A DNA stretch of 63,246 nt, filler included. It is 4 parts of 4 records of this genome, joined end to end, with 100 filler letters (N's around TTAATTAATTAA, not from the genome) between each part and the next. Parts side by side here need not be neighbours in the genome. Positions count along the whole stretch, not along the records: positions 1 to 13,363 come from SRR31156797_4909; positions 13,464 to 31,965 come from SRR31156797_4916; 2 more parts are not named here. One strand, 5' to 3'. The notes beneath the pieces were generated by a model, which saw nothing but the letters and a program-made list of their open reading frames with translations, was not told the origin of the DNA and did not search any database. This document shows, piece by piece, positions 10,336-20,016 of this stretch (the stretch's first letter is position 1; each line of letters opens with the position of its first letter). The translations under genes were made by a program, and so were the position numbers.

Positions 10336-10571
10336 TTTGTCTCCTTGTATTATCGGCACAGCTGGAAATCAACTGTGTTGTACATAATCGCTAATGTATA
10401 GATTGCAAAGTAAATTAGTGATTAGTCACATCATCGCTGTGTAGTTTATCTTCTAGCTGAAAATTCGCATGATGATTATACCACAAACAAGGAATTAGTA
10501 AAAGTTAAACAATTGCTTGGAGATTTTGACGAAGCTAATAATTACTCAATTGATTTTGCTATAATAATATT

Positions 10572-10910
10572 ATGAATATCAATTATATTAATCAGTTTGA
10601 AGAATTTAAGATTGTAGGAATGTGGGAATACAATCCAATTAAGGATACAATAATTTTAAGTAAAAATGCTTCAAATATTTACTTTTACTGTGATGATAAG
10701 AAAGAAGTAAATATCAGAGATATGTTTACACGGTTGACTCCAATATCGTGCAGGCGTTTTTTACAGATATTAACGTCAGAGACAATAGGGGAGACGGTAT
10801 TCTCGCAGCAGGTATACCTCGAGAATTTTAGTGTAAAAGAAGTACTGGTAGTGGCTAAAAAACTAAATAATATAGTGGTAGGAATGTCTATAGACATCAT
10901 GGAGGGATAA
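10572..10910 (+). CDS. Small stand-alone PAS-like domain protein
   Basis: VGMWEYN...IILS.NA..IY and terminal VVGMSIDI pattern typical of PAS/PAC folds. Confidence 0.5.
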   Translation: MNINYINQFEEFKIVGMWEYNPIKDTIILSKNASNIYFYCDDKKEVNIRDMFTRLTPISCRRFLQILTSETIGETVFSQQVYLENFSVKEVLVVAKKLNNIVVGMSIDIMEG

Positions 10911-10999
10911 TATATATAAGCATAAATAACATTGCTCATTTTGGGATATTATGTTATAGTCTTAGTCGTTAACAAAATACCATAAGAAAGGTAATGATT

Positions 11000-11530
11000 A
11001 TGAGTAAAAATCCAATAGCAAAAATTATTATGGATAACGACGATAAAATAACCATCGAATTATTTCCAGACAAGGCAAAAGAAACCGTTAATAACTTTAT
11101 TTATTTAGCAAATAAGGGATTCTATGATGGGCTGATTATGCACAGAATAATACCAGGTTTTGTCCTGCAGGGAGGAGACCCAAACGGCAATGGAATGGGT
11201 GGTCCGGGATACAAAATCGTTGGTGAGTATGCCGCCAACGGATTTGAAGATAACGATATAAGACATACTGAGGGTGTTATATCAATGGCACGTGCACAGG
11301 ATTTTAATTCAGCTGGTTCTCAATTCTTCCTTGTTGTAGGTGATGCTACTTTCCTAGACAAACAATACGCTGGGTTTGGTAAGGTGACAAATCAGGAGAG
11401 CCTTGATGTATGTATGATGCTGGCTAAAACTCCTACAGGTATGCAGGATAGACCAATCGATCCTCCTGTGATGAAGAGTGTTAGCATTGAGACATTCGGT
11501 GTAGAATACCCAGAGCCAAATAAAATGTAA
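11000..11530 (+). CDS. ppiB: Cyclophilin-type peptidyl-prolyl cis-trans isomerase
   Basis: FYDGL..HRIIPGFVLQGGDP, SMARA and SAGSQFF motifs. Confidence 0.95.
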   Translation: MSKNPIAKIIMDNDDKITIELFPDKAKETVNNFIYLANKGFYDGLIMHRIIPGFVLQGGDPNGNGMGGPGYKIVGEYAANGFEDNDIRHTEGVISMARAQDFNSAGSQFFLVVGDATFLDKQYAGFGKVTNQESLDVCMMLAKTPTGMQDRPIDPPVMKSVSIETFGVEYPEPNKM

Positions 11531-11579
11531 AAATATAATAAATCTGCTATGATGCGGATTTAATTTTTGTGAAAAAGTT

Positions 11580-11615
11580 GTTCATTTTATAAACTTTGTA
11601 TTTTATAAAATGAAC
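11580..11615. terminator. AT-rich inverted repeat between convergent genes (terminator-like)
   Basis: GTTCATTTTATAAA-N8-TTTATAAAATGAAC perfect 14-bp arms. Confidence 0.5.
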
Positions 11616-11682
11616 TATCTTTTTCAATAATATTGTAATGACACTTTATTTATGAAAATCATTAATAGTATATTTACTTGCA

Positions 11683-12840
11683 TTAAAACATTTTATGAAG
11701 TTCAGACGGAGTAATATTAACATTTTCTGCAATGCAGTTGCTTTCTGTAAATCCGTTGTCACGTTTAATACTATTATCACTGCTTTTTATCATAATAAAC
11801 GGTGCTGCTTCTCTGCCATGAGCTCCAGTATCTGAGAATGTATAATGATCTGAGGCTATAGCCATAGAGTATTCACAATCTATTCTCTCCATTAGCTTAC
11901 CAACATAATGCTCATCAATCATAGAGAGTGCTTGCGCTTTCTCTAATGGTTGTAATTCGTGGGATAAATCATCTGGCTTTTGAATATGCAGATAGATAAA
12001 ATCGTTATCTGAATTAATTGCTTTTATTGAGTTCTCCAGCTTATCTTCTAGGAACTTTTCGAAACCTTTGTCTTCTGGTGTTGAGATACATTCTATGCCA
12101 GAAAGAGCAGAAATTCCTCGCATTAGTGTTGTTTCAGATAGTATTATTTTCTTTTCATCCCCGTTATCCTTTATACTTGGTGCAACAGATGCTCCCCAGA
12201 ACCAGATACCATTTGCTTTGGTCTTATTATCTTTGTTAAGTATCTGATATGCCTTTTCCAATAGGTCAAAGTATATATCATTTGCTTCGCCGCTAAAAAT
12301 ATAATCCGTAATAGGCTGACCGATAATATCGTGAGGCGGTGAGAATGTAAGCTCAGGATAATGATGCGTTTTGCCTTTTACTACCAGAATATTTCTGAAC
12401 GAGTCTGTGTTATACAGCTTCATACCATCTGTAAACAGTTCATTGTTAAGTCTGTCAGCCAGTGGAGCTGATTGTTCTGTTTCGATATCGTGAGCGCTAT
12501 AACTTTCAATAACACTTTCTTTATAATTTTTTCCTTTAAAACTTACAAAGTTACATCTGACATACAAAGAATCCTCATCGACATCAAGACCTGCACCAGC
12601 AGCTTCAATTACCGCTCTGCCCTTATATACTTTCCCTGATTCGAATCCCAGCAGATTGAGATTAGCAACAGCACTGCCTGCTTCTTGCCCCTCTGGAATG
12701 GTCTGAACGCATCCTGCAGTACTTTTATTGAACAGTTTATCCAAATTTGGTGTATGAGCATATTCAAGTGGGGTTTTATTGCCTAAAACCTTTTGCTTTC
12801 TGTCTGCCATACCATCTAGTATCAATATAATCTTTTTCAT
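11683..12840 (-). CDS. apgM: Cofactor-independent phosphoglycerate mutase, ApgM family
   Basis: ILDGMAD, TPLEYAHTPNLD, GS.VAN, PPHDI, PDDLSH and SDH.T motifs. Confidence 0.88.
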   Translation of the reverse strand: MKKIILILDGMADRKQKVLGNKTPLEYAHTPNLDKLFNKSTAGCVQTIPEGQEAGSAVANLNLLGFESGKVYKGRAVIEAAGAGLDVDEDSLYVRCNFVSFKGKNYKESVIESYSAHDIETEQSAPLADRLNNELFTDGMKLYNTDSFRNILVVKGKTHHYPELTFSPPHDIIGQPITDYIFSGEANDIYFDLLEKAYQILNKDNKTKANGIWFWGASVAPSIKDNGDEKKIILSETTLMRGISALSGIECISTPEDKGFEKFLEDKLENSIKAINSDNDFIYLHIQKPDDLSHELQPLEKAQALSMIDEHYVGKLMERIDCEYSMAIASDHYTFSDTGAHGREAAPFIMIKSSDNSIKRDNGFTESNCIAENVNITPSELHKMF

Positions 12841-13125
12841 AACATCTTTCCTTTTTATCATTTACACCATTATAGTAGTATATTGATAAAGTTACAATAT
12901 TTTGTTTAAAAGATTTAATTAAATTATATTGTATCTTTTAAAAAGTTGAATCACATAATATCAGCAAATGTTTGTGTAAATAAGAATCTATCAATGTGAA
13001 TTATATATTAAACTAATTATCACAAATGTGCTGATTATCATGTATAATAATAGAAAGATTATAGTTTAGTATTTTTTTAGGTGTAATGTGTAATTCCTAG
13101 TATAAAATCAAGTGATTTATTTCTA

Positions 13126-13164
13126 TTATTTATGTAAAATTATTTATGTAAAATTTATGTAAAA
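13126..13164 (+). repeat. Three direct repeats of TTTATGTAAAA
   Basis: TTATTTATGTAAAA x2 plus TTTATGTAAAA immediately upstream of a promoter. Confidence 0.6.
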
Positions 13165-13169
13165 AATAC

Positions 13170-13198
13170 TTGTAAACAGCAGTATTTTAGGCTATAAT
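13170..13198 (+). promoter_or_regulatory. Upstream (P1) promoter of the tRNA operon
   Basis: TTGTAA-N17-TATAAT. Confidence 0.6.
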
Positions 13199-13259
13199 AA
13201 TAAATTCAGAAACAAGATTTTTCACTGTAAAAAATTGATATAATTTATTGATTTTTTTG

Positions 13260-13288
13260 TTGACATTCTTCAAAAGATGTAGTATATT
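13260..13288 (+). promoter_or_regulatory. Downstream (P2) promoter of the tRNA operon
   Basis: TTGACA-N17-TATATT. Confidence 0.65.
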
Positions 13289-13324
13289 ATATCTCGGTCA
13301 CTATTGAAACGTCTGCAAAGATAT

Positions 13325-13363
13325 CGGGGTGTGGCGCAGTTTGGTAGCGCACATGGTTTGGGA
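13325..13363 (+). tRNA. tRNA-Pro(TGG), 5' half, truncated at the contig end
   Basis: CGGGGTGTGGCGCAGTTTGGTAGCGCACATGGTT-TGG-GA: Pro-type acceptor and D-arm with a TGG anticodon loop. Confidence 0.92.
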
Positions 13364-13463
13364 NNNNNNNNNNNNNNNNNNNNNNNNNNNNNNNNNNNNN
13401 NNNNNNNTTAATTAATTAANNNNNNNNNNNNNNNNNNNNNNNNNNNNNNNNNNNNNNNNNNNN
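13364..13463. other. Artificial contig linker
   Basis: N44-TTAATTAATTAA-N44; stop codons in all six frames. Confidence 0.99.
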
Positions 13464-13576
13464 TCCTGCCGCGAGAGCGGCTTCGTTCAACCACCCTTTT
13501 CACCCGTTTTCTCCTTATTCCGACCTGCAGGTATTCCATTCATCGAACTGAATGAGCATGAAAATCCATCAAGGTG

Positions 13577-13624
13577 AGGGCTAAAAGGTATAATTGGGGT
13601 ATACTAATTAACCCGTTTAACCCT
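13577..13624. promoter_or_regulatory. Candidate enhancer (UAS) dyad for the sigma54 activator
   Basis: AGGGCTAAAAGGTATAATT-N10-AATTAACCCGTTTAACCCT (15/19 dyad); related half-site at 13493-13506. Confidence 0.45.
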
Positions 13625-13788
13625 ATGGAGAGGCGACGAATTCTTTTTCCCATGACAACAGCTGCCGCCACGGCTCTCACTGTTACTGGGGAAGCATTGG
13701 TTGCTCTGAGCTAACAGGACAAGCATCAGCACGGGAGAGACATTACCTCAGAATGATTTTACATGACGACAAAAACAATTTTCATGTG

Positions 13789-13805
13789 CTGGATTACTTT
13801 TTGCT
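13789..13805 (+). promoter_or_regulatory. Candidate sigma54 -24/-12 promoter
   Basis: CTGGATTACTTTTTGCT: GG-N10-GC with TTGC, lacking the CAC consensus. Confidence 0.35.
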
Positions 13806-13931
13806 TGAGACGTCGAGTTCTCCTTTGCCTTTTAAGCAGGGGGGACTGCAGGGCATGATCCAGGGTTTGGCGTGTAAACTCACGCATACATCTGCTTCCG
13901 CATCGATCGGATACTTGAAAGGATACGCATC

Positions 13932-16001
13932 ATGTCAAAAAAAACACTGGCTCTGGTAACCTACCACTCATATTCAACAGAAATCCTGGAGCCTTTCCTC
14001 GTGCCACTGCTCCAGGACCACGTGGTAATCGAAAAGTACCCCTTGGATGCGGTATCACTGGCCGGCGGTATATCAGTGGACCTGGTTTTGTTGTCGACCT
14101 CCACTCTGTACCAAGTGGTAAAACAACATATTCTCAATGATGCCGAGGTTATCATTGCCGATCACACCCTGATGAAAGCGGGAGTTGACAGGCTTAAGCG
14201 TATACCTGGCGGAACCAGGGCGATGCTGGTCAACATTAACTACAAGGTGTGTATCGAGTCCATTCTACTTATTCACCAGCTTGGTTTTCGTAACCTGGAG
14301 TTGATTCCCGTATATCCGGGATCGGTTCCCATGGTTGATATCGACCTTGCTATAACACCTGGTGAGCCCGAGCTTGTACCGACGAATGCCGGCCGGAGCA
14401 TTGATCTCGGCCACCGGGTCTTCAGTATCAGTACCATTGCTGATATAGCAGCTAAACTGGATAAGAGGGAAATCCTGGAAACCGACGCTTTTCACGCTTA
14501 TGCAAAAACGGTCGCTCCTCCAAGCCTTCATCTCGACAACCTCCTCGGCGATAACCAGATCCTCAACAAGCAGCTGGATACCCTGCTTAACATTGTTGAC
14601 AAAGCCATCATCATCACCAATGCACAGGGAGTGGTACACTCGTATAATGCCCGTGCCCAGCGGATAGTTGGTTTTCGCAAAGAAAAGGTGATCGGTGAAA
14701 ATGTCATTAACCTGTTACCGGAAATCCCGCACCATGAGGCACTGGAGAAGGGCGACACCGTATACCAGAAGTTGATCACCTTAAATGGCAGCACTGTTGC
14801 CGTAACCGTCTCGCCCATCATCATCGGAGGCAACCTTTACGGGACTGACGCAACTTTTGAACGATTTACGGAAATTGAGGAAAAACAGCATAAACTCCGA
14901 GTGCAACTGGTAGGTAAGGGGCACAAAGCAAAATACACCTTCAAAGATATCCTTGGAACAAGCAAGGGAATGAAGGACTGTAAAAAAATTGCCCGCCGGA
15001 TGGCTGACTCGACCTCTTCCATATTGATCATGGGGGAAAGCGGAACCGGGAAGGAACTGTTTGCCCAGGCGATTCATAATTATTCCGCCAGGAAAGAATA
15101 TCAATTTGTTGCCGTTAACTGTGCCGCACTTCCAGAGAGTCTGCTGGAAAGCGAACTCTTCGGTTATGTACAAGGGGCTTTCTCCGGAGCGAAAAAGGAA
15201 GGCAAGATGGGCCTGTTCGAACTTGCCCACAGAGGGACTCTTTTTCTCGATGAAATCGGTGAGATTTCGCCCACAATCCAGGTTCGACTACTTCGGGTTC
15301 TGCAGGAGCGAAGTTTTATGAGGATTGGAGGCGATGAGGTTATCAGCGTAGATGTCCGGATTATCGCCGCTACCAACAGCAATCTTGAAGAGTTGATTCA
15401 CAAGAACCTGTTCAGACAGGATCTTTACTACCGGCTTAACGTGCTTCCTCTGTCCATTCCCCCCTTGAGAAATCGCAGGGACGATATCCGCCTTTTGATT
15501 GATGAGTACACCCGTAAACTAAGAGCGGATTTCACCTTAAGCGAGGAGGCATGGAACTCGCTGCTTAACCACGAATGGCATGGTAACGTGCGGGAGTTGA
15601 TCAACTGCGTTGAATACCTCAGCAACATTGACGAACAATTCGTTTCTGTAAGCGATCTCCCTATAAACCGCAAAAGTCTTAATCCGTTAATGGAACATGA
15701 AAAAGAGACGGGCCTGGTCGACGACCTGGTGAAGAATGAAGGAAATAACCTGCCGGACTTCATCTTTGTTCTTGAAAGCTTGGAGAACGCCTACACCAAA
15801 AGAGAGAGGGTGGGCAGAAGGAGCCTGGCTCAGCGGTCCAGGGAGTGCGGCCTGTTCCTCACTGAACAGGAGATCAGAGGCATTTTGTTAAAGCTCCAGC
15901 AACATCACTTGGTTTCCATTAAAAAAGGTCGAGGAGGAACCAAGATTACAGAACTCGGCAAAACCGCACTTTATCAGCTGAGACGTGTAAGCGACGAGTA
16001 A
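13932..16001 (+). CDS. sigma54-dependent transcriptional activator (N-terminal sensory region, PAS, AAA+, winged-helix C-terminus)
   Basis: GESGTGKE Walker A, ESELFG..GAFSGA, LFLDEIGE, FRQDLYYRL and W.GNVREL motifs. Confidence 0.95.
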   Translation: MSKKTLALVTYHSYSTEILEPFLVPLLQDHVVIEKYPLDAVSLAGGISVDLVLLSTSTLYQVVKQHILNDAEVIIADHTLMKAGVDRLKRIPGGTRAMLVNINYKVCIESILLIHQLGFRNLELIPVYPGSVPMVDIDLAITPGEPELVPTNAGRSIDLGHRVFSISTIADIAAKLDKREILETDAFHAYAKTVAPPSLHLDNLLGDNQILNKQLDTLLNIVDKAIIITNAQGVVHSYNARAQRIVGFRKEKVIGENVINLLPEIPHHEALEKGDTVYQKLITLNGSTVAVTVSPIIIGGNLYGTDATFERFTEIEEKQHKLRVQLVGKGHKAKYTFKDILGTSKGMKDCKKIARRMADSTSSILIMGESGTGKELFAQAIHNYSARKEYQFVAVNCAALPESLLESELFGYVQGAFSGAKKEGKMGLFELAHRGTLFLDEIGEISPTIQVRLLRVLQERSFMRIGGDEVISVDVRIIAATNSNLEELIHKNLFRQDLYYRLNVLPLSIPPLRNRRDDIRLLIDEYTRKLRADFTLSEEAWNSLLNHEWHGNVRELINCVEYLSNIDEQFVSVSDLPINRKSLNPLMEHEKETGLVDDLVKNEGNNLPDFIFVLESLENAYTKRERVGRRSLAQRSRECGLFLTEQEIRGILLKLQQHHLVSIKKGRGGTKITELGKTALYQLRRVSDE

Positions 16002-16061
16002 CATATCGACATCCAGTGCAGGAATAATCTTTTTTGAGATCATCATCAGGAGAAAACCGAA

Positions 16062-17255
16062 ATGAAAGCAATCGTTCTTGGAATGGGGCAGCAGGGAAAA
16101 GCAACCATCCATGACCTTGAAGCAACTGAGACCGTCAAGGAGATCATCGCGGCCGACCTGTTTTCAACAGAGGAAAGCAAAGCCGAAGCCGATGCTTTCC
16201 TCAGCAGCAAAGGCTATACCAAGACAGCTACCCTCAGGCTTGATATTGCAAAAGAGACCAATCTGGGGAGGGTTTTTTCACAGCACAAAATAGACATCGT
16301 CATCTGCATGCTGCCCATCGGGCTCGCCTTGGAAGCAGCTCAAGGCGCCCTGGACGCTGGCATTCCGTTTGTCAGCTCAAATTACACCTATGACCTTGCC
16401 AGGTTACACGACGAGGCTTTACGGAAAAATTGTATCATCCTTCCGGAAATGGGCCTGGATCCTGGCATCGACCTGGTCATGGGCCGCCTGGCCGTTGACG
16501 AACTGGACACGGTTTATGGACTTTATTCTTACGGAGGCGGGGTCCCCGCTCCGGAATGTGCCGACACCAGCCCGATACGCTACAAAATTTCCTGGGTTTT
16601 CGACCGGGTCCTTGATGTGTACGTCCGTGGGGCTGAGATGATGAAAAATGGAAAACCTTTTTCAGTGCCGGGCAATAAGCTCTTTTACGAAGAGAATTAT
16701 CATGAAATTGAATTTCCAGAAGTGGGAAGGGTGGAAGCATACCCCAATGGAGACGCATTACGCTATATAGACATATTCGGCCTGGGGGACGAATTACAGG
16801 ATATGGGGCGTTTTGCCCTCCGCTGGCCGGGACATTCGAAATTCTGGCGCACAATGGTGGATCTTGGGCTGCTTGAAGAAAAGGCGGTGAAAGTAGATGG
16901 CACTGAAGTTTCCCCACGGGCCTTTCTCTCTAGATGCCTCACTCCCCGTCTCCAGTTCAATGATACAGAGCGAGACGTTGCCCTGCTCCGGGTTGAAGCA
17001 TGGGGCATTAAAAACGACAAAAAAGTCAGGGTGAGCTACGACCTGATCGATTATCGAAACCTCGAGACCGGCTTATTTGCCATGAACCGTACCGTCGGGT
17101 TTACAACCAGCATCGGCGCCCAGATGATTCTTGCAGGAAAGATCACCGAGCCCGGCGTACTTTCCCCGGTCCGCCACGTCCCGCCCCAAGAGTTCATGGA
17201 GGAAATAAAAGCGCGAGGCATGCATATCGATCACAAAATAGAAAGAATAAGATGA
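16062..17255 (+). CDS. Saccharopine dehydrogenase family oxidoreductase (lysine 6-dehydrogenase-like)
   Basis: Rossmann GMGQQG; GLDPGID; YGGG.P; YKISW; EAYPN; AMNRTVG. Confidence 0.85.
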   Translation: MKAIVLGMGQQGKATIHDLEATETVKEIIAADLFSTEESKAEADAFLSSKGYTKTATLRLDIAKETNLGRVFSQHKIDIVICMLPIGLALEAAQGALDAGIPFVSSNYTYDLARLHDEALRKNCIILPEMGLDPGIDLVMGRLAVDELDTVYGLYSYGGGVPAPECADTSPIRYKISWVFDRVLDVYVRGAEMMKNGKPFSVPGNKLFYEENYHEIEFPEVGRVEAYPNGDALRYIDIFGLGDELQDMGRFALRWPGHSKFWRTMVDLGLLEEKAVKVDGTEVSPRAFLSRCLTPRLQFNDTERDVALLRVEAWGIKNDKKVRVSYDLIDYRNLETGLFAMNRTVGFTTSIGAQMILAGKITEPGVLSPVRHVPPQEFMEEIKARGMHIDHKIERIR

Positions 17256-17262
17256 GGCGGAG

Positions 17263-18591
17263 ATGGATAAGATAGCAGTACTTGGTGCGGGGTTCGTCAC
17301 TAAACCCGCCATCGACTTTTTTTTAGATACATGCGGTTACCAGGTCACCGTGACCTCCCTTAACAAAAATGAAGCCGAGAGCCTGATCAACGGCAGGGCT
17401 CATGGAGTAGCGCTTGCCTGGAGCATAGATCAGGCAGGCGAACTGGATCGTATTGTGAGGGAAGCCGATTTGGTCGTTAGTATGATCCCTCCCCAGTTTC
17501 ATACTGAAGTTGCCCATGCCTGCCTCAGGCATAAGAAGAACATGGTCACCACCTCCTATATCAGCAGTGAGATGGAGGCGCTGGATGCACAATGCCGGGA
17601 ACGGGGGATCCTTATCCTTAATGAAATAGGCGAAGACCCGGGCCTCGACAACATGAGCACCAAAAGGATGATTGATCAGGTCATGGCTGATAATGGCAAG
17701 ATCTTATCCGTCAGCTCTTACGGTGCAGGCCTCCCTGCCTTTGAGAATAACACCAATCCCTTGGGGTATAAGTTCTCCTGGAGCCCCAAGGGACTGATTG
17801 CAGCAGCTCAATCACCTGCCGCCTACATGGAAAACGGCACTCGGGTGGAGGTGTCAGCACAAGAACTCTTTACTCACCACTGGCTGGTGGATTTGGACGA
17901 TATAGGTACTTTTGAAACCTATCCCAACAGGGACGCAGAAAAGTACATGGAGTGTTTTAACCTAAACCAGGAGGTTTCACTTTACCGCGGACTGTTGCGT
18001 TTTACGGGCTGGTGCAACACCATGAAACAATTCGGCACACTCGGCCTTTTCGATAATACCAACGAAACTGACCTTTCTGATACAACTTATACAGAGTTCA
18101 TGGCCGGATTAATCAAGGCTAGTAGCTCGAAACACTTACGGGGAAATCTTGCCCATTACCTGAAGGTCGACATCAATGCTGATTGTATAAAAAAAATCCA
18201 ATGGCTGGGACTTCTCGATGACGAACCCGTCAAGATCAAGAAGGGGACAAATGCCGAAGTTCTGGTGGATGCCATGACACGGAAGTTATCTTACAGCTCC
18301 AACGAGAAAGACATGGTCATCATTCACACGGAAATTCTCGCTGACTTTTCCTTTTACAGAGAGAAAAGAATATCCTCCCTCCTGATGCTGGGTGAACCCG
18401 GAGGTGACTCGGCCATGTCCCGATCCGTTTCGCTCCCTGCAGCCGTCGCCGCGCGGCGGATAGTAGAAAACAAGATAAAACTCAAGGGAGTACACAGGCC
18501 AACCACTGAAGCTGTATACAGACCGGTACTGGAAGAGCTGGAGGGATACGGATATCAGTTTGTGACGAAAACCCACAGGAAATACAAATAG
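17263..18591 (+). CDS. Saccharopine dehydrogenase (glutamate-forming, Lys9/AASS SDH-domain type)
   Basis: LGAGFVTKP, VTTSY, NEIGEDPGLD, NPLGYKFSWSP, ETYPNRD, EKDMV and SAMSRSV motifs. Confidence 0.92.
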   Translation: MDKIAVLGAGFVTKPAIDFFLDTCGYQVTVTSLNKNEAESLINGRAHGVALAWSIDQAGELDRIVREADLVVSMIPPQFHTEVAHACLRHKKNMVTTSYISSEMEALDAQCRERGILILNEIGEDPGLDNMSTKRMIDQVMADNGKILSVSSYGAGLPAFENNTNPLGYKFSWSPKGLIAAAQSPAAYMENGTRVEVSAQELFTHHWLVDLDDIGTFETYPNRDAEKYMECFNLNQEVSLYRGLLRFTGWCNTMKQFGTLGLFDNTNETDLSDTTYTEFMAGLIKASSSKHLRGNLAHYLKVDINADCIKKIQWLGLLDDEPVKIKKGTNAEVLVDAMTRKLSYSSNEKDMVIIHTEILADFSFYREKRISSLLMLGEPGGDSAMSRSVSLPAAVAARRIVENKIKLKGVHRPTTEAVYRPVLEELEGYGYQFVTKTHRKYK

Positions 18592-18621
18592 GTTACAACA
18601 ATAAACACATACAGACACACC

Positions 18622-19941
18622 ATGGATACAATGCAGAAAATCATCGGAATCAGAAGAGAAGACAAAAACGAATGGGAAAAAAGAGTTCCGCTTATCCCAA
18701 CGGACGTACAGGAACTGGTTGAGAAAAATGCTCTGGACGTCATTGTACAACCCTCGACTATCAGAATTTTTCAGGATGACGAGTACAGAATCTCCGGTGC
18801 CGAGATAAATGAAAGCTTAAGCCGCGCTGGAGTGGTTTTTGCCGTAAAAGAGATACCGGTTGAACTGCTGGAAGAAGAGAAAACCTATGTGTTTTTTTCT
18901 CACACAATCAAAGGCCAAGACTACAACATGGGGATGCTCAACACCCTTATGAAACTGAAGTGCAGTCTCATCGATTATGAAAAGATGAGCGACCAACACA
19001 ATGCCCGCATTATTACCTTCAGTCTTTTTGCAGGTATGGCAGGGACCATAGAAACCCTTTACGCCTTTGCCAGAAAAAAGTCCCTACAGGGAACCGACAC
19101 TCCTTTTAGCAAGCTGAAACAGGCGTATCAGTACAGCTCCATCCAGCAGGCTGAAAATGACATAAAGGCTATCGGGGAAGAGATTGCAAAAAACGGCGTA
19201 CCTTCGGAAATACATCCTTTGACCATCGGAATTACCGGCTACGGCAATGTGGCCAAAGGTGTGCAGCATATCCTTGACCTCCTGCCGGTGAAAGAGATAA
19301 CACCTGATCAACTGCGGGAAGGGCTTAATGGAGAAGGCCTGGCCAATACCTGTATCTATAAAGTTGTGTTTAAGGAGAAGGATCTGGTGGAACATCGTCG
19401 GGGAGAGTTTGACCTCCATGATTATTATAACCATCCTGAGAATTACCAAACCATTTTTGATAAATACCTTCCCGAACCGCAGATACTGCTCAACTGTGTT
19501 TATTGGACAGAAGAGTACCCCAGATTTATCACCCGGAATAACCTGAGATCGAACCTTAACCAACTAGCCACCAAGGGGCTGCAGGTTATCGGCGACATCA
19601 GCTGTGACATTGAAGGAGCGATTGAGATAACGAAAGATTCGACAAAACCGGACAAGGCCTGTTACACTTATTTTGCAGAAAAAGGAGAATTCCAGGACGG
19701 CATCCAGGAGCAAGGCGTCACGGTCATGGCCATCGATAACCTGCCATGTGAATTTTCCAAAGAGGCGTCATCGTCCTTTTCAGCAGAACTCAAGCGATAT
19801 GTTGAGCCTATTGCTTCAGCAGATTACAGGGTGGAATTTGACACCCTCAATCTGCCCGAGGAGGTGAAAAAAGCAGTAATCCTCTTGAATGGAGAGCTCA
19901 CTCCGAATTACGAGTACCTCAAAGACTTTCTTCAAGTCTGA
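18622..19941 (+). CDS. Stand-alone lysine-ketoglutarate reductase (AASS LKR domain / Lys1-like, AlaDH/PNT fold)
   Basis: IGIRREDKNEWEKRVPL.P, VKEIP, FFSHTIKGQDYNM, LIDYE, TGYGNVAKG, DISCD and IDNLP motifs. Confidence 0.92.
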   Translation: MDTMQKIIGIRREDKNEWEKRVPLIPTDVQELVEKNALDVIVQPSTIRIFQDDEYRISGAEINESLSRAGVVFAVKEIPVELLEEEKTYVFFSHTIKGQDYNMGMLNTLMKLKCSLIDYEKMSDQHNARIITFSLFAGMAGTIETLYAFARKKSLQGTDTPFSKLKQAYQYSSIQQAENDIKAIGEEIAKNGVPSEIHPLTIGITGYGNVAKGVQHILDLLPVKEITPDQLREGLNGEGLANTCIYKVVFKEKDLVEHRRGEFDLHDYYNHPENYQTIFDKYLPEPQILLNCVYWTEEYPRFITRNNLRSNLNQLATKGLQVIGDISCDIEGAIEITKDSTKPDKACYTYFAEKGEFQDGIQEQGVTVMAIDNLPCEFSKEASSSFSAELKRYVEPIASADYRVEFDTLNLPEEVKKAVILLNGELTPNYEYLKDFLQV

Positions 19942-20016
19942 ATAGAAAAACAAGACGGTGTGTGCGGCCTTCCACCGTACACATGCCAAATAACACTAAG
20001 CGCCAATCAATAGATA

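Noticed and set aside
13408-13419. TTAATTAATTAA palindrome recurring three times
   Set aside because: Assembly spacer flanked by Ns; not biological and not a CRISPR repeat
13820-13860. Degenerate CCTTTT..GGGGGG element similar to the contig 3 repeats
   Set aside because: Too degenerate and on a different contig
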